From Pavona decussata (Eukaryota), in the NCBI GenBank assembly GCA_977016875.1, contig CDRNST010000339.1, forward strand, positions 1,426,001-1,490,000: a DNA stretch of 64,000 nucleotides. The letters run 5' to 3'. The notes beneath the pieces were generated by a model. It saw only the letters and a program-made list of their open reading frames with translations. It was not told the DNA's origin and did no database searches. Position 1 is the first letter of the stretch, and every line of letters starts with the position of its first letter. This document shows positions 62,561 to 64,000 of this stretch, piece by piece. The position numbers were made by a program, and so were the translations under genes.

Positions 62561-64000
62561 ATGACGCTGCGACGAATCAAGCGAGTCTGTATGTTCAAAT
62601 TTCTGTCTGTGATGGCAACGTTATTATGTGCACTGGGCATTCTGTATCTCTTTAACTTTCGGACTCAGTCATACCAACTGAAAATACAGCAGCAAGCAGC
62701 AGGACATCATTTAGATACCAATGATGAGAGGGCGATACCCGCCAGACATGCAACTGGTGACTTCAAACAATACTCAACAAAATCGAGGAGAAATGTGGTC
62801 ACCGTGTCGCATGGTCGCTTCGGATCTTCACGGATGCCAAACAAACTGAAAATACAGCAGCTAAAAGCGGGAAATCCCTTAAATACCACTAAAATGGCGA
62901 TACTTGCCAGCAAACCAACTAGTAATTTCAAACAATACTCAACAAAATCATCGAGGAGAAATGGTATCATCACTGTGTCGCATGGCCGCTTCGGATCTTC
63001 ACGGATGCCAAACAAACTTAAAATACAGCAGCAAGAAGCAGGAAATTACTTAAGTACCACTGAAATGGCGATACTCCCTTGCCAAGCAGCCGAAAACGTT
63101 AAAAAATATTCAACAAAATCGAGGAGAAATATTATCATTGTGTCTCATGGTCGCTCTGGGTCTTCACTCATGGGTGATATCTTCAACCACCATCCTTCCG
63201 TCTTCTATATGTATGAACCACTTCAAGCCCCAGAACGAATAACAAAAAAAGCCAACTTAACGAAAACGACCTATAGTGACCTCGTCGAAGAATTTATAAG
63301 AGGTTTATTTCGCTGTAAATTCCAGCACCCTCGGATCTTGGAAGATATCCAGAAATATTACCGCAAACCCGATCATCCTCGTATTAGTCAAGCCATTGCA
63401 TCACCGCCTTTGTGCCCATATAAACCGACAGACACAAGATGGGACCCAAAACTCTGTCAACCCATCACAAGTGAATCTTTGGGAAGTGTTTGTAAAGACA
63501 ACTACAATTTAACTGTCATTAAAGTTCTAATGTCTCGTATTCCTGAGAATAGCATCAAAACTATTCTGAACTTATGTAGCCCATTGGAAAATGCCAATTG
63601 TAAGGTGGTCTTTCTTGTAAGGGACCCTCGAGCCGTGATTCCTTCATCTCGCTCCGTCAATTTTTTCAGAGAGACGGGAGGCACAAAGCAAGGCATTATA
63701 AACTATAGCAACAAGCAACAAAGAGTGCAAGCAAACGGAGGATAACTTGGAGTTTGTTAGAAACCTACCAGATTCTTTGCGCAACAGAATCAAACTTCAA
63801 AGGTTCGAAGACCTGGCCGTGAACCCATTAAAAGAATTATCAGGTCTTTTCGAATTTGCTGGGTTACCTGTGCTGGAGAGCGTACGCGTATGGTTGAGCA
63901 AAACGACGCATCTAAGTAGGCGGGACTGTAATAGGATGGATGGAGTGCCTGTGACATGCACCAAGGACGATGCATGGACCGCGGCAAATCGCTGGAGATG
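62561..64000 (+). pseudogene. Carbohydrate (Gal/GlcNAc-6-O-type, CHST-like) sulfotransferase, type II membrane, frameshifted; continues past window
   Basis: N-terminal TM helix; 5'-PSB IIIVSHGRSGSSLMGDIFNHHPSVFYMYEP; 3'-PB KVVFLVRDPRAVIPSS; after a 7-bp duplication at 63707-63720 the alternate frame continues CKQTEDNL...QRFEDLAVNP...ANRWR. Confidence 0.8.

Overview
Eukaryotic genomic DNA with spliceosomal introns and two short N-gaps (43167-43294, 49820-49968). It is most likely a cnidarian, probably a stony coral; this is an inference from the gene families and repeat types. Genes in order: (1) a multi-exon secreted MACPF/perforin-like gene on the minus strand, running off the left edge, with a premature stop, a 1-bp frameshift and a broken splice donor (pseudogene or null allele); (2) a complete 15-exon ZFR gene (minus, 17608-31340); (3) two tandem intronless GAREM-like adaptors (CABIT, Pro/Tyr-rich linker, SAM) whose upstream ~0.6-0.7 kb block is inverted relative to each other; (4) a 7SL/SRP RNA gene and two tRNA-Lys(CTT) genes in duplicated segments; (5) a 3-coding-exon CTHRC1-like gene; (6) a carbohydrate sulfotransferase with a triplicated stem/PAPS-motif segment and a 7-bp duplication frameshift. 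Intergenic and intronic DNA is dense in MITEs, an internally deleted Academ transposon, LINE 3' ends, Penelope-like fragments and tRNA-derived SINEs. The most notable structure is at 1402-2513: an apparently identical 250-bp tRNA-derived tandem array with an inverted arm and a 14-bp target duplication. Its architecture matches a hammerhead-bearing Penelope insertion at 39809-40504 and a miniature relative at 36267-36412, suggesting a non-autonomous tRNA-based retroelement mobilised by Penelope-like RT. All coordinates and alignments were read by eye and need computational confirmation.
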